Notes under the pieces: generated by a model
Seen by the model: only the letters and a program-made list of their open reading frames with translations
What the model was told of the DNA's origin: nothing
Databases searched by the model: none
In this document: positions 18,118 through 18,657 of the stretch, one piece after another
Numbering within the stretch: position 1 is the first letter of the stretch
Layout of the letters: every line of letters starts with the position of its first letter
Position numbers and translations under genes: made by a program
Source of the DNA: a virus
Lineage: Duplodnaviria > Heunggongvirae > Uroviricota > Caudoviricetes
IMG/VR virus record: IMGVR_UViG_2529293015_000004
Span: 1-18,657 of that record
Direction: 5' to 3' (one strand)
DNA length: 18,657 nt

Positions 18118-18214
18118 TCATTTCAGCGATTACCGGGTCCACTACAGCATCTGTTTCCTGTTCATTACGCGGCATGATCGATGCCAGCGATTCATAATTA
18201 GCCTTGGATGACAC
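18059..18214 (-). CDS. Candidate small acidic protein (~51 aa, GTG start)
   Basis: GGGAGA Shine-Dalgarno 7 nt upstream of GTG at 18214; below the ORF-track cut-off; overlaps the longest version of paralog A. Confidence 0.25.
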   Translation of the reverse strand: MSSKANYESLASIMPRNEQETDAVVDPVIAEMNARLEAEFAAENEHTTQGD

Positions 18215-18280
18215 GATTATTCTCCCGATGTTAATGTGCGCTATATCAAATGGCGCATATGCACTAATTAATTTATTATT

Positions 18281-18613
18281 TTAAGCAGCATACAACCACT
18301 TGTCGCCGTTCAATACATGCTCAATAGCCTCACCCTTTTTAAGGCTTATGTATTCCAGGATGGCGGTTATCGCTTGTTCTGCACCATACGCAAGAACGAC
18401 GTAGTAACCTTCCTCTCTAAGCCTGCGCATCCAGGCGATCTGCTCTTTCGTCGGGGCTTTACCATTTGGTTCTTTAAGCTCAATTCGCATGCCGTGATAA
18501 ATACCGCATGCTTTATCGAGACTCATGTCCGGATAACCTTTTTTCTGTCCTTCAGCCTTCATTTTCCCGGCGGTTGCTTTTGAACGTTTCCCTCCGTTAG
18601 GCGTTGCATGCAA
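18281..18613 (-). CDS. VRR-NUC-like (PD-(D/E)xK) nuclease domain protein, 110 aa
   Basis: G-YPD ... IELK ... EQIAWMRRL pattern typical of VRR-NUC domains. Confidence 0.5.
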   Translation of the reverse strand: MHATPNGGKRSKATAGKMKAEGQKKGYPDMSLDKACGIYHGMRIELKEPNGKAPTKEQIAWMRRLREEGYYVVLAYGAEQAITAILEYISLKKGEAIEHVLNGDKWLYAA

Positions 18614-18657
18614 CAGCTCATAGATGTCAGGGTGCTTGCGTTCGAAGTAATCAAAAA

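Noticed and set aside
18258-18274. Sixth operator-like site upstream of the small ORF/paralog operon
   Set aside because: Only about 13/17 with mismatches in the conserved core (gcactaattaattt); too weak to list as a feature, mentioned only as a possibility.
1-18657. CRISPR array
   Set aside because: No regularly spaced direct repeats of 25-40 bp anywhere in the window; the only tandem repeat is the 12-bp unit inside hsdS.

Overview
This window reads as a segment of a P1-family temperate phage or phage-plasmid, with a complete type I restriction-modification cassette embedded in it. No searches were run; every identification is from reading the sequence and recalled family knowledge, and the gene names taken from P1 are by analogy. 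Nearly all phage-like genes are on the minus strand: an antirepressor module (c4-like antisense region, icd-like 73-codon gene, ant-like gene), the PacA/PacB terminase pair with a pac site inside pacA (3+4 GATC hexamers), an Lpa-sized gene, an HNH-like protein, and the Phd-Doc toxin-antitoxin pair. On the plus strand (7152-13151) sits hsdM-hsdS-hsdR in type IC-like order, with a 12-bp tandem repeat in the central region of hsdS and visibly AT-richer target-recognition domains. To the right are minus-strand operons of unclear function: a small hydrophobic peptide ORF, a HAD-like phosphatase, a 72-aa plus 420-aa coiled-coil pair, three glycosyltransferase-like proteins, a lambda-type Ser/Thr phosphatase and a VRR-NUC-like nuclease. 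Several intergenic sites match the asymmetric P1 C1 operator consensus (ATTGCTCTAATAAATTT). The best candidates for something undescribed are the operator-controlled 72/420-aa operon, the glycosyltransferase-like/phosphatase/nuclease operon and the 28-aa hydrophobic peptide next to the hsd cassette.
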